Below the pieces are notes generated by a model. That model did no database searches, was not told where the DNA came from, and worked only from the letters and a program-made list of their open reading frames with translations. A stretch of DNA of 64,000 nucleotides from the human T2T-CHM13v2.0 reference genome, Homo sapiens, in the NCBI RefSeq assembly GCF_009914755.1, contig NC_060940.1; one strand, 5' to 3'. Both the position numbers and the translations under genes were made by a program. Of the stretch, positions 44,613 through 61,266 are shown piece by piece (positions within the stretch are counted from its first letter, which is position 1; each line of letters opens with the position of its first letter).

Positions 44613-46067
44613 AAGAAAGGAGAAGAGTGTCTCAAGGGTTTTTTTTTCCAGCAGGTGAACCCAGCCTCCCTAGCAACCCAAGGTTAAGAACGTGTTGAAA
44701 ACAGCATGGAAGCCCATTCTGGAAAGCAGTGGTGATTGTGATTCTGAACTTAAACAGCTTCCCTTAAACACACTGTTACTTCAGAAAAGTACGGTTTTGG
44801 CCAAAGGGCTGTATGTCAGGTATTTACTTGCTCATCTTGGTGGGTTTTGTTTGTTTTTGTCTTTTTGGTTAGCCATCTAAGACATTATTTTTCTGAGATC
44901 CAAGTTCCAAAAAGCACCGAACAACCTTTTGGGAAGAAAACATACATAGTGTGTAGGTGCTACCGATTTGTATCCTCTATGACCTTGCCATAGAAAGGCA
45001 AATCAGACGGGCGCTCCCATTGCCTCATTGCAGGCTGCCATTTTCATATAAGCTTCATGAAATCTGGGAGAATAAAGGCAAAAGGTTTGATCTGGCTGTG
45101 ACAGGGAATATTGTGAAGCTGCTGGACTGGGGCTGTGGGTTGCCTGTGACTGTCATCAAGTTCTTCTTCTCTGGAGGCTTCAAATTCCTCCTCTGTCAAA
45201 TGAAGGGACTGGACTAGAAACAGAATGGCAAGTACAGGGCAAATGCCCCAGTGCTCTCTGTCCCTGCTGCCTCTGGCAGCCACTTCTGCTCCCCCACAGC
45301 ATCTCCTGGTCGCCTGGACAGAAAGCCTCCTCCATGCAGCACTGCTCCAGGAACTGTTCTCAGCCATTAAAGCAGGGTTCAGAAAAGCTTGGAGGAAGAT
45401 GGCCTTGTAGACCTCCCCTAGCACTGAAGTTCTGTGATGCTTAGCATATGTGAAACTCAAGTTTCTTCTGTTCCTGAATGGGGATTATTTATTGCCTTGG
45501 ACAGCAGCCCTGAAACTTGATCCATTTAGCTGCCCCTAAGTGTAGTTAAGCCCCGTGAAATGTAAACTTCGCAAGTAAATGGACCATTGCCATTTGCCTC
45601 TGTCTTCTAGATGCAATTGTTTTCTACAGTCTGTCTTGTGGCCGGTTATAAAATGTCTGTCTTGAGCAAGCTGGGGAGGAGGGTGGATAGCTTTCGATTT
45701 GCCCAAGTTTGTTAATGTTTCATTGCTTGGGGTGTTTTAAGATCCTGTGCCTTTAATAGATTTCCTGAACTAACAGTTTGCCTTATTTACTTCCCTGGGC
45801 TATAATCATTATTGTGGCTGACCATGTTGATAAGCTACTCTGTGAAGCCTTCTCTAATGAATGAGAGTCACTCTTCAAGTGGTTATTCCCCTTAACCTTA
45901 TTTTCAATCACAGAAAATCATTCTCACAGAAAGTATTCTTTCCTTTTGTTCAAAAAATACCCCCTTGAATGTTTTAAATGTCACTGTTTTTTCAGTTCTA
46001 AATAATTTTTAATTGGTTTTTACATGAAGTTAACTGTAGCACTCTTGATTCAGGAAAATTGTGCTTG

Positions 46068-46160
46068 TCTGTCTCTCTATTATCTCTCTCTCTCTCTCTC
46101 TCTCTCTACCTACCTACCTATCTACCAACCAACCAACCTATCTAAAATCTATCTATAATC
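46068..46160. repeat. (TC)n/(TACC)n/(AACC)n compound microsatellite
   Basis: Read directly from the sequence. Confidence 0.9.
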
Positions 46161-47434
46161 TATTAGTTTTTCTTGCTTCACAAATGACTTAAGGCAACTC
46201 GCTTTCGGGTTGATGGAAGAAAAAATACAAGTAGCAAACTTGGATGAAGTTGGAAGAAACTTGGCACCCACTGTGTCTGGCATGTGCAGATATGAGTGAT
46301 GGTCTATAAATTTAGGATCTTATTAACAGCCAAAGCAAAGAGTACAATTTTTCCATGTATCTGGTTTATAGTATCCACAGGATACAAGCATGCTGGTTGA
46401 TCAAATGTTGCATCTATATCTTTGTGATTAACACCTGACAGATATTTCTATGATGCGTTCTGACAGGGTTACACATGACAGAGTTGGCTCTGTCTATGTT
46501 GTACTTAATATTATTGTAGAAAGAAAAATTGAGTATATCTTGTGAAAAATAGTTCCATTTGAAAGTCCATTTCTTTCAAATTCAAAGAAAGAAAACAACT
46601 AAAACACGTAAGTCTAAAGGGCATGGTTGATTTAGGATTTTCGAGTGGGAAGACTATTAAAAGAGATGCTTGCTCAAGAGAGTATAGACTCTTCTTTGGA
46701 AATTGGCATGGGCCACAGACCTCCATAGGTAATACATTTAAAACACAAATGCTTTTTGGGGTACTGTCTCCCAGTACTTTGTTTTTGAAGATTTGTGACT
46801 ACATGGTTTCAGTGCTATATCTAATAAAACTGGCTTCAAAACGCAGAGCACTAGCATTTCCATATGTTTCAGTAAGTCTCCCAGCCTTCGTGATTCTAGA
46901 GACACCAATCAGTTGATGCTAGCTGCAGTTGCTAGAGATTCCTTCCTGGAATTTTGATGTAGGCTTTTAAGGAGGGACCATACTTAACATGGAAAATTAA
47001 TGACCTGAGAGCCTGTCCCAAAAGAAATGCTCCAGGCAGGAGATCTTCAACAATAGCCATCTAGAGTTTCAGTTATCTAGGATAGAACAGTGTATAGGCT
47101 GGAAAGACCCAGCCCTTTCAGTAAGGCATGTGAGTTTGATCACTCACCACCATCTCCAGCCTCAGCCTTCTTGGAAGGCCCCAGACTTAATGGTCATTTC
47201 CAACCCTCTTTAAAAACGATTCCTTTGCTAGAGTCGGAATAAATAATTGAGGCAGGCTTCTCCAGAATCTCATTGGTGTCAGCTATGGAGTCATCAACAG
47301 ATGAAATTATTCCATCAGGATAGTAAATTAAATGGCAGTCTTAGAGTGGAGTTTTCAAGGTCTTCTTACATTTGTAACATTTGTTGTCCTACATAGTCTT
47401 CATACAAACTATAAATTGAGCATGAGAGACATTC

Positions 47435-47773
<339 letters not shown>

Positions 47774-48789
47774 TGAAGCCCAGAAAGGCTAAAAGACTAG
47801 GACATTAAGTCATAGAGGAGGGTTTTTTTTTTTTTTTTTAGTTTTGTTGTTGGTCGTGATGGTGTTATTCAATTCTTTTATTATCTCAGAACTCATGTCA
47901 TACTGCCCCAGCCTCTGTATCAGCATTATGTAGCAATGATGTTACTGAGCCTGATCTCTGTAAGAGGCTCTGAATAAAATGAGTTCCATGCTGGAACTTA
48001 TGTGGAGAATCTATGTTCTGTATCTCTCCCTTGGGGACTCTTAATTTCCTGGGTAGTGAAGAGGTCCTCTAAGAAAGAAGCAGATTTCGTGGAACCCAGG
48101 ATTTCCCATCCTCTTTTTATCTGCACTGCATTTTAGGAGCTTTTAAATTTCTGTTCTGGAGTTGGGCATCTCTTCAAGGTTAAGACTCAAGGGCTGTTTG
48201 TATTCCTCTTGGATTTGCCTACATTTAGCAAAGCAGAAACTCAACACATTGTTGAAAATACTGAATTTCACTGGGCATATATTTTGGGTTGTCTGGAAGA
48301 TCCCACCTATTGAGTACACTGCACCATCACCCCTCCAACTGCTCATGCACTTATCGGACATATGTTGTTATTTTTGGATCAGAAAATACCATCCCAGTAG
48401 AAGTAGGAGTGATCAGTGTGACAGAGAGCTGTCTGTATTGCGGCTGTAAATGCCAGTGACCATGGCATTGAGCAGACCATAGGTTATACTTACTGTCGTG
48501 GTTCTCACCTAAAGTACACATCACACTTTGGGTTTCCATAGGACCAGGCAACATAATGACCCACCTGAAGATGAAATGATTTTGAAATACCAGGCCCTTA
48601 TCATGGGCTAGGGACAGTGTGGACATTCATATATGTGAATGCTCCTTAAAGCTTCCCTATAACCTTGGATACTGCTGGTCACGTGTCCCTTAAATATAGG
48701 TGAGGAAATTACAGCTCTGAGACAATTGTTGTTGGTCAGTATCCTTTTGATCCTTTGTTTGTAAATCTTGCCCAGTTGGGGCTGCATGA

Positions 48790-49075
48790 GGTTGAAAGCT
48801 CAGACTGCTTCACTTCCAACCTCAGCTCGTCCCTTTATGAAGGGAGGCAGCTCAACTGCCTCCCTTCCAACCTCAGCTCATCCCTTTATGAGCTCATAGC
48901 CTTGGGCAAATTACTTAACCTGTTGGTGTTCAGTTTCCTCATATGTGAAATGAAAATGATGGTATCATTTCCTCCTAATGCTGACTTGAGGATTAAATGA
49001 GTTAACACACATAACGCTTAGGATGGTGGTGGACGTACAAAACACTCAATAAGAATTTGCTTTTGTTATTATTAC
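48790..49075 (+). mobile_element. MIR with an internal duplication and hairpin
   Basis: cttgggcaaattacttaacc...cagtttcctcatatgtgaaatg...gaggattaaatgagttaac. Confidence 0.75.
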
Positions 49076-50946
49076 TTGTTCACATCCATGCAGCATGTGT
49101 GCCTGCATGCTCACACACTCTAGTCTTACGCAGCTTATTCACCAACATTGGTTCGGGATGACATTTGACTGTATTCAAAAGTCAAATCCACTTTTCATGG
49201 ACAAAGATTTTCCTTCATAAGTGTTATTCAAAAGATTGTGCTGTCTGCCCTGAAAACAGTTCTTATGGAGGAGACCAAAAGTATTTTTGGTAAATGACAG
49301 TCTGTGTAGAGTGAGTCATGTCACTAGATGTGTACTTGGAAGGGCAAAACAGTTATTTCAATGTACAAATTATTGCCTCATTACTTTATCACATACCAGA
49401 AGAGAGTTTGGGATGGATCTAAAAAGTATAACAAAACCACTGCAAGTTGTTCTGTCATTTAGCATTTAATTAAAAATAACTAGAGAAACAACTATTTGAA
49501 ATGCTCAGTGTTTTTCTTCTTTTTTTTTCATGTAACAATATGTTTAGTGAATTTTTCAAATTACTAAAAGCATTCAGGCAGTTCTAGAAATTTGCATCTT
49601 GTAACCCTTTAGTTGTTTTTATTTAGAATGTTGGCATTTTACAGTAGTGTCAAGTATGGTAATTATTTTTCATAGATATTGAATTTAAAAGAGTAATCCC
49701 TAAACACATTTTGACATTTGGCTCTCCAAGACAAAGTTTGTAAAAAAATTGTGACCTGTGAACGGTAACTTTACTATATACTTGTTTGACCATTATCTAA
49801 GAAATATGCCTTTAATGAATAAGAGGGAAAAAGATGAGGTCAGACATCAAAGTCCCTGTAATTCTAATGTGAACAACCATGATTCCTGAATTCCATGTAA
49901 ATTAGCACTACAGAATGAAAGCAAACAAACAAGCAAACCTCAAACAGAGAAACCTCAAAATTACTAGAGCCAATTAGATATTCAAAGGAAAAGTCTCAGT
50001 TTTTAATACCTTATAAAATCACACAAATACATACACATATGTGTTGGCATCAGCAGTTTTGATAGACATGGCTTAAAATAGGAGAAATCCAAAAATAGAT
50101 AAAGGCACTTTTAATATGGCCTAAGCCATAGCAGGAAGTATTAATAACATGCCGATTTTTTACTCCAAAAAGAACTGAGTGTGCAAAGCAAACCAAGAAA
50201 GAAATGTGGACTGGGCCAACTAATGGGTTTCTAATCATTGTTAATGTACAAGTGTGATCAGTTTATTATAAAGTGTTAATTTTTCCTGTGGGTAATACTT
50301 GGAGAAATACAGTATACCACTCATTTCCAAAGTGATGAAATGGCTTTCTGTTTGGCATGCAGGAAAGTGAACCTCTTTAGTTTAGAATATGGGTTGGATA
50401 TGCTTGCCAGGTCTGGGCTATTCCCTGCTGCCTCTGAGCGAAAACTCAGGAAGCCAGAACCTGAATCTCTTCGAGGAAGTTCTACAGCTGACTTTTAATC
50501 ATTGGGCCATAGCACAACACCTATTAGCTCGCTTACGTCTAGGTCAGTAGAACCTCCTCTGGACCTCAGCTACTCTTCCCACTCTGCATCTCGAGACACT
50601 TGCCTTCTTTCCATGTGACTTATCGCTAAGCTCCTGACTGCATGAACCTCCTTCCTTCCACTGGTCCAAGTGACATCATTCCCCCGTCCTCACTCCCAAT
50701 ACCACCACTTCAGTAACCTCCCACATGTTTTCCTGCTCTACTTTAATCCAGTCTACACAGAGAGAGCAGCCAGCCACTATCCTGTTTTATTTATTTATTT
50801 TTTTACTTCCTTAACAGACGTTTACTGGATATGTCCTGAATCCCAGTCACTGTGTTAGGAAGTAGCTCAATCCGTTGTCTGTACACCTCCATGCATCCGT
50901 TCCTTCATTCAATGATGAGTACATAGGACAGGCCAGTTTTGTTCTC

Positions 50947-51458
<512 letters not shown>

Positions 51459-51824
51459 TCAGGTAGTGAAAACATCCCAGAAAAAATAAAATAAAATAGA
51501 GACGATGGGAAGTAATGGGAAGGCTGTAGCTAGCATGGCCACGGCAGGCCTTCCCAGCAGGGCATTTGAGGGAGACAGAAATAAAATGAGAGGCAAGTGA
51601 CGTGAATATGTGTGAGTGTGCTCTAACCAGAGAGGAAGACTATGGCGAAGGCCTTGGTGAGTCTGAGAAATGCCAAGAAGGAAGGCCAGGCTAGGGAGTC
51701 GTGAGCAAGGTGGCGGATGGGAAAGGTGGGGACACAGAGGTAGGGAAGGGGGATGATCTTGTGGGGCCTTTTATGCCACGGTAAGGAGGTTGGATTGTAT
51801 CAGCCATGATGTTTTCCTTCTTCC

Positions 51825-52400
51825 TGTCAAGGTGAAATTTATATGACGTAGAATCACTCATTTTAAGGTGAACAATTCAGTGGCATTTAGCGTATTTGCA
51901 GTGCTTTGCAATCACCACCTCTACCTAGTTCAAAACATTTTCATCACCCCAAAAGGAGAGCTCATACTCATTAAGCAGCCGTTCTGCATTCCTCTACCTC
52001 CAGCCCTTGACATCCACCAATACTACTTTCTGTCTCTAAAAATTTACCTTTTTTGATATTAAGAAGAAAAGACACCCACACATATACTCAATTGTGTCCT
52101 TCCCTGGCTTGTTACCCTCCCTCCTTCATCACACTTAGGCTCAAACACAAATTTGCCACCATCCCCTCATCATCTGGTCCTTTTCCATTTGTTTAGTCTA
52201 ACTTCCTGCTAGTCTTTTCTTCACTCTTTAAGAGTAAAGGCCCAGACTCACTGGTTCTCCTCAAGTGGTGTGTTTGTTACAATTGATGAACCCACATTGA
52301 CACACAATTACCAACCAAAGATGCCATGCTTTATATCAGGGTTCACTCTTAATATTATGCGCTGTATGGGTTGGGATAAATGACATGCATTCACCATCAT
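51825..52400 (-). mobile_element. L1MB/L1MC 3'-end fragments
   Basis: aattcagtggcatttagcgtatttgcagtgctttgcaatcaccac; tttgttacaattgatgaacccacattgacac. Confidence 0.65.
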
Positions 52401-53058
52401 AGAAACTTTGAATTATGTGAGGTAGTAGATGATGAAACAAACATTACATACTAGGAAAGGGACGCCTCTCCCTTTTTTTTTTTTAAAGAGGGGTGTTTTC
52501 TGCTTGGTTTTGTCCATTATAAACTGTTAGATTAACCATTTGTACAGCCAATGAAATAGCTTTAAGGGAGGCACTCAGGAGCTTGAACATGTCCACAGAA
52601 ATTCCAAGGTCTCTCCAGTATCAACTTGCAGTACGTCAAGCCAGTACACATGGGAGAGCCTTGAAGGGGTACAAGATCAGGCTCCCCTCTGCTCTTTGAA
52701 CACACTGAGCTTGTGGCTGCCTCAAAGCCTTCGCAGGCATTATCCCTCTTGCAAATTTTTTCATGGGTAGTGCTTCCTGTCATTCAGGTCTCAGATCAAA
52801 CACTACCTCTTTAAGAGCTCTTCACTGCCTACTTTAAGGCATCACCCTGTTTTATGTTGTTTATATAATATTTCACAACCTGACATTCTCTCATTCATTC
52901 ATTCATATCTTACCTGTTTCCCTGTAGAAGTATAGGCTTCATGGTGAGCAATAGCCTTATTTTCCTTGTTAACGGGTGTATTTCCAGCACTTCTTACAAC
53001 ACTGCCAGGCATATTGCAGATTGAGATAGTCTGAGTCTTCTGAGAACTAGGATTAGGA

Positions 53059-53359
53059 TTTTTTTTTTTTTTTTGAAACAAGGTCTTCCTCTGTCTCCCA
53101 GGCTGGAGTGCAGTGGCGCTATCACAGCTTATTGCAGTCTTGGCCTCCTGGACTCAAGTAATCCTCCCACCTCTCATCCTCCTGAGAAGCTGGGACTACA
53201 GGGGTTCCCCACTATGCCTGGGTAATTTTTGTATTTTTTTTTTAGAGATTGGGTTTTGCCATGTTGTTCAGGCTGGTCTCAAACTCCTGGGCTCAAGCAA
53301 TCCGCCTGCCTTGGCCTTCCAAAGAGATGGGATTACAGGTGTGAGCCAAGGTGCCCAGC
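53059..53359 (-). mobile_element. AluJ-like
   Basis: Reverse Alu with J-type tcctgggctcaagcaatcc. Confidence 0.9.
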
Positions 53360-54110
<751 letters not shown>

Positions 54111-54727
54111 GAGATGTATAAGAAATATTAGTTCAATGAATGAATAATGAATAAATGAATGAATGAAAGAATTACTCCTTCATGTTATGTTTATAACTGG
54201 CTCTTCCTCCAGGTTTTCTGCCTCACTTTTGGCTCTCTCAGCTACTTTATTACTGAGAATTTATCTGTACTGTCTAGTTTTACAGCAACGCTGGGAGCTG
54301 CTATTATCCATCCCCATTTTATAGATGAGGAAAATAAGCCTCCAGATAGGTTATGCAACTTACTCAACCAAGCTCAACAACTAATAAATGACTCAGCTCT
54401 GTCTTCTGAAGTTGACACTTAAAGCCCATACCCTTAGCTATTAATGCTGTACATTGCCAATGCAAGGTGGATAAAGACGTGGAGAAATACTCTGCCCTGC
54501 TGAGTAGAGTCCTGAAACTGCAAGGGGTGGGGAAATAGCAATGAATCCTAGGCTTAGGCCAGGTAACTAAGATGTGCCTTTATGAGTTTATCTTGATCAT
54601 TTCTTTATTCATTCATTTATCATTGGCCATTTATTCATTGTTCACTAGTCGGCAAACATTTATCAAACTCCTTTGCATGCCAGTCCATGGACTAAGTGTT
54701 AATCTTTATGCCTCTGATGCTTATCAT

Positions 54728-55340
<613 letters not shown>

Positions 55341-58089
55341 GTCTCATGGATGATATAGATAGTGGTCTAAAAGTCCAGAGGTTTCTGAGGTCACAGAGCC
55401 CGGAGCAAATGTCTGTGGGGAATGTTTACAGAGGTGGGAGATTTCACCTGGGCCTTGATGAGAGCACTAGATTTTACCTGATGGATGAAGCAGGGAATGG
55501 TCTTCCCAGTGAATGATGGAAGGGTGGAGTAGTGGAGAGAAAAGCTTCATCCAGTTATTTGGGGCTGGAATTCTAAGTGAAGTTGTCTCAAGTTGGGTTT
55601 TCTAGGAAACAGAGTCTGAGCTGCAGTTTAGCATTTTTATTTATTAAAGTGCTTGTTTATTAAAGAGTATGCTTAACTTCACTCAGTATGTAGATATGGG
55701 CTTCCCTGGAAGGGGCAAAACCTTGGATGAGGCAGCTCTCTGCAGCTGAGGTAATTCCCAAGAGGACCAGCATTCAGACTGTCCCCCAAGATCACACTCA
55801 TCAACTAGGATGACAAGTCCTTTTTGAAGGACCATCTGAAGGGTCCATCACAGTGTCCACTTCAGTTGTCTAGAGAAATAGAGGGCACAGTGTGCCTTCC
55901 TTTACTGCAAGCTCAGTCCACAGGGTCTCACATTAGCTGAGTGTGTGGGAGGAAGACCAAGTGTCTGTGATGTCAGGTGGGTATTTCGGAGTGTATATAA
56001 ATTACAGTAAGGGCAGTGTCAAATGAGTATGTGTAATGCATCTACCCATGGTCCCTAGAGTCCACTAGAAGACAATTTCTTGGTGTTTAAGAGATTATTC
56101 TTTTAATAATTCATTGATCTTAACAATACAATACATCAATGGTTTACGCAAAAGCCATGTTTTATCTGCAATGCACTTCTAAATTGAAAGGTATCATAAA
56201 ATGGCACTTAACTTTCAGAATCCTTATGTTATCTAAAGCTCAGTTTCAGATTTGTTTGATGATAACGAATATCCTGTCTATTTTATTATCTAGTACAAGC
56301 CCTAGTTTCGGAACTCAGAAATAAATGAGGCAATGCCTGCAGGTGGGTGGCACGTGTAGGTGCCTGTGTGTGTGTGTGTGTTTGCGTGTTTTGGAGTATG
56401 CATGGATTTGGCCTTATAGTTTATTGAGAGCATTTTTGCACTGGTTTATAGTCATGCAGTGAAGCACCTCTGCATTTCTCACCTGGCCCATTTAGTGTGG
56501 ACACATTCCTTTGTCAACAAGGACATAAAGCCACAATCTCCTCCTCCAAACAAAACAAAGTGAATCGCTATGTGTTCGGTATAATGGGATTGAGAAGTAG
56601 AGTTCTCTTTGCTGTTATTTCTCCATAATAGGCCCATGATTTCCTGGCCCCTGGCATTCAGGATAGTGAGCATGTGCAAGTGATTACGAGGGCAGAGCAG
56701 TTGCCAGTTTTCCCTGTAGCTTTCAGAATGTCATCAGAAATCTACACGTATGGGCAGTGAGGTCTGGCTCTCCCATGTCTCCCCTGCCCCATCTTGATTG
56801 CTCTCTCTCTCTCTTGCTTTCTATTTCCCAGAAACATGAACTTACTTTGACTTTTCCAAATATACCATGTTCCTTACCACCCAGTGTCCTTGCAGCTGCC
56901 ATTCCCTCTGCCAAGAGTGATTCTTGCTGGGACCCTTTTAGATCACATCTTTATTCCTGGTGGACAGAAAGAACCAGGACAACAAGCCCATGCCTGTCCC
57001 AAGTATAGCTGAGTGCTTGACACTTAGAGAATGTGAATAAGTGAATGAGCACAGCATAAATGAAATACCACAAACAGGCCAAGCCAAATAAACTCTGAAG
57101 TTGAGTTTTACTTGGTTATTAATGATCTTTGGCACAAGAGTTTCAGTGACTTGATAAGGCCACAAGCCAAGTGTGGCCTGGTTCAAGAAGTACAGGGATG
57201 ATGATACAGACAAGACAGAAAGGAAATAAATTCTATCAAAAAGCTCAGCTGTCTTGAAAAAGCAAGAGATAAGAAATAACTTCAGAGGTGGGTAGAATTG
57301 AGAAAAGGATTTCTATTTTGTTATTTTCCCCGAATAAATAAGCCTTAAACATGTTTGTAAGCTGCTGTGAAGTAACCAGCAGAGAGGAAGTGATTGAAGA
57401 TGAGAGAGAGAAACAGAGTAATTGATGAACCAACGTCCCCGAGGAGACGGGAGGGATGAAATCAAGAGTATAGGTCAAGAGGCGAGCCTGGGAGAGGCCA
57501 GTGCTAAGGCAGGTGATATTTCTGCCCGGCCGTTAGCTTTTGTGCAGAATAGTGAAGGAAGAATCAATCACTTCCTTTCTGGCTGGGTAAATGCCAAGAA
57601 ATTCTATGGCAGAAACTTCCCCAGGCAGGAGACTCAGAATTAATTGTTAGGATTAAGCATAAACCAAAACGAGCAGGGAAATCCCAAGCACTAAATCCCA
57701 GGAATGGGGCCTTCATGGATAAAGGAACTTCATCTGTGAATGATCCAGGAGCCCAGAATGCCAAGGGAAGTTTCTAGGTTCTTGGAGATCAAGTTAATGC
57801 CCCTCATAAGGTTGTTTCACATGAGCCAAAATGTATATTGATTTTTTTTTTTTTTTGCCTTTATTACACTTCCAGAAAGAGAGCATGATCTCCTGGAATC
57901 TGTTTAGGGAATAAAAATGTCCGTACAGAAGAAAAAGGTTGTTTTTTGACCTTCTGCTGACACTGTCTTCTTGCTCTCATCACAGCTTATTTTCTAGCAA
58001 TATGAGGCCCACAAATTAGGAATCTCCTTGCAGGCCTTCAAATATGATTTACCTGATTAATAAAATCTTAGTGGAATAGATAGTATTCT

Positions 58090-58091
<2 letters not shown>

Positions 58092-58130
<39 letters not shown>
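58092..58130. repeat. (TG)19 microsatellite
   Basis: Read directly from the sequence. Confidence 0.95.
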
Positions 58131-58131
<1 letters not shown>

Positions 58132-60902
58132 TGATGATTGGGGTTCTTGGATACTTAGGGTGCAGGGATGAGGGCAAGCTGACCTTGTTTTTCATCTAGG
58201 AGACCTGACAAAGATGGTGGGCTGAGATAGCCGTGTAAAGCTAAAACAGAAATACTTAGTGAACAAGCAAGTGTGTGAGTGAATAGATCAAAGAATGAAT
58301 GAAACTACCCTCTGCACTCTAGGTTCTAGAAGGCACCCTGAAAAAGGCATGTTGCTTGGGGTATAATAATTGCTCAATATATTTTTCAGTAAGGAATAAA
58401 AGAACCAACAAATATTGATTGGATTAAATGGATTAATAACTGATAAACACTTACAGGGCTGCGGCATGTGCTAGGTATAATGTATTACATAGATAAAATG
58501 GATACGAACCATATACCAGGCCCTGTGCCAATTGCCTGCATGTAACTCAAAACAAAAGACAAAGGTCTTGCCCTCATGGAGCCTGAAGTCCAGTGAGGGT
58601 TTCGTTAAACTTGTAGGACACCATTTCCATGCCTTCCATCAGTAGAGCAGATTCTCTGTGCAGATACTTTTCACACAAACAATGCCTAACCATCCCAGAA
58701 AATCTGAGCGGTGTTAGCAACCTCACTTTCTCTGAGATAAAGCTGAGATTTCTTTTAGTGACTTGTCCAAGGTCACATAGCTATTACGTGGCAGAGTCAA
58801 GACTCAAACACAAGTCTGTCTCATTTCAAAACTTGGGCTGTTTGCCTATATCAAACTGCCTTTAATTTGCCCATTTTAAAGCAGGAAAGAACTAAAAGGC
58901 TTGCTTTGATGGATGTGAGGTGATTTGTTAAAAGCTTAAGAGACTGCCATTTTTCATGATATGCGTAAATGTGCCCTAACCTCCTGAAGCAATATAAAGT
59001 GGTTCTTTATGTTCTTAGGGTATTCCCCATCTAAGGTAAAAATTATCAAAACTACTGGGGAGAAAGCTTCTCTGGAGATTTGCCTTATAAAATAAACAGA
59101 AATCAATTTTGACTTGTTTTCTAATCATGATAAATGAAGCCAGGTTAGGAGAAAAAAAAAAAAAAGTCCCAGCATTAGTTGAGGATCATTTTGCCAGGAT
59201 GCATTGGTCTTTGACAAGCAATTAAGAAGTCCTGTGATTGTGCCTGGCAGTGCCACAGCTCAGCACACTCCTGATTAATTCTCATTTTCTTTCTTTCCTC
59301 GGGATTTATTTACTCGTTTCACTTGGAATGTGTTTAGCTTCTTAACCTCCCCCACCCCTCTTTTCTCACGTGCTTCTTTGCTTGGCCCCCTACAACTCTA
59401 CCTATACATTAATCAGTGTCATATTCATTACTGCTGGTGAAATGCCATACAACATTGGCATTCATTCATTTTTGTCTCTTCTGTTGAGCCATTCATGGTA
59501 GATTTCCCCATCGAAACCTACCATGTTTGTTTTCTGTATTTCCCACCAGATGTTCTTTTAAAAGCCAGAAGAAGTCTGCCTTGGTCTGGTTGGTATAAAG
59601 AGGGTTCATCCAATATAAACTGCCAACAGTAGGTTGGAAATACTCATCAGTATGGAAAGGGCGAAGTCTGGGCAAATTGGATGGGTCTTGGAGAAGCTCT
59701 AAGAGTTGGAATCTACATCATCATCTTTGTCTTCATGGCTAGCAACTGTTGACTCCTTTCTCTAGTTCAGGCATTCTGTCTGACTCTTACATTATTTCTT
59801 TGAATCCTTACAACAACTCTATAAAGATGGTAATGGAAAAAGACAAGATGACCAAGATTCAGAGACTTTAAAGCACATGAGCAGTAAGTGGTGAAACCAC
59901 CTCAGGCCTCTGCCTGTTGACTTATTCATAGGATAACCCACAGAAACACTAATTCAAACATGGTGTCAGAAACAGCAGCAGTAATGAATGCCTCAATGAA
60001 AAACATTTGGCCCAGCACCTTGGTTAGGTTGAGTTTGCATGGCAACCCTATTGAATCATGGGTTTCTCAGAGCTGGGAGCTGCACCATGCCATCTACCTG
60101 CACCTGTCCTCTTTGGAGGCTGGGTTGGTGTTTGACCCTGTGAAGAGCTTTGGATTGCTTTGCCTACCCGCAGTGGACTTGCTCACACATAAGTGGGAGC
60201 CCTAGCTCATGGTCTCCAAATTTTTATCCTCATCGTTTCTTCCCACCTAGTTTTTTCCTAATTCTGGCCCTTCCTGGCCACCCACCCTGCCATTATCTTT
60301 CTCTGACGCTTAGGACTTGAACCCTTTTTTCATCCTTTTTGTTTTATTCTGGTGTTTTAGTCGTGAGCTAACTGGAAAATGCTTCTCACAGTTTAATTGC
60401 CGTGGAAACTTTCTACTTGGAATCAGACCCTAACGGGTTTTTTCCCTTTCCTTAGGGGGCTGTGCATATAGGAAAAGGGAACATATATGTTATCCCTCAT
60501 GTGTTAGGGGCTGTATAGTAACAAGCCTGGAATAACCCTTAGAGCACCTTCATAGGGAAGGTAGGGTTTATTATCCATGTTTCGTAAATAAGAGCACTGA
60601 GGTTGAGAGAGGTGATGCAGATTGCTGAAGTGCCTATAGCTAGGAAGTGGCAAGTCACAATGGGGCCCCAGTTCTGTCTGCTCTAAAGCCCAGTCTGTCT
60701 GTCTGCTTCTCTGTATGTCTCTCTTTTTCTCTCTCCCTATTCTTCTGGAAGTCATAGAATCCTGTGATTCTCTTCCAAACTGCTTTTTTTTCTATTAAAA
60801 TTATAACCCGTTATTAAAATATTTAAGCACACAAATTAACTGGTGCTAATTATGATATTTTGAATGGTAATAAGCAATTAGAGTGAGATTTAAAGAAGAA
60901 AA

Positions 60903-60986
60903 AAACACCTGTATATAACTTGGCATCTTTTGTAATAAATACAAACACCTAAATATAACTTGGCATCTTTTGTAATAAATACAAAC
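60903..60986. repeat. 40-bp tandem duplication
   Basis: aaacacct(gt/aa)atataacttggcatcttttgtaataaatac twice. Confidence 0.93.
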
Positions 60987-61266
60987 TTTTGTCAATCATG
61001 ACTTGATCTAACCGATATGCCTCAGGTCTGCACAGAACGGAAATGTTTTTTGGAAATCCTAGTACTTCAGAAGGCTTTGGCATCCAAATCCATTGCAAGT
61101 AGCTTTCTATTTAGTCTCTCATTTTCTCTCTAAAGAGAGATTGATATGATGATTTTTAGCTTAATTTGAGAGATGTTGAGTTTTCTCCAAGACACCCTCG
61201 TTGGTTCACCTTGCTCTGAATCCTTTGTCTTCTCACCCTTTGTGGCAAATTGAGACGGGGGAAAAC

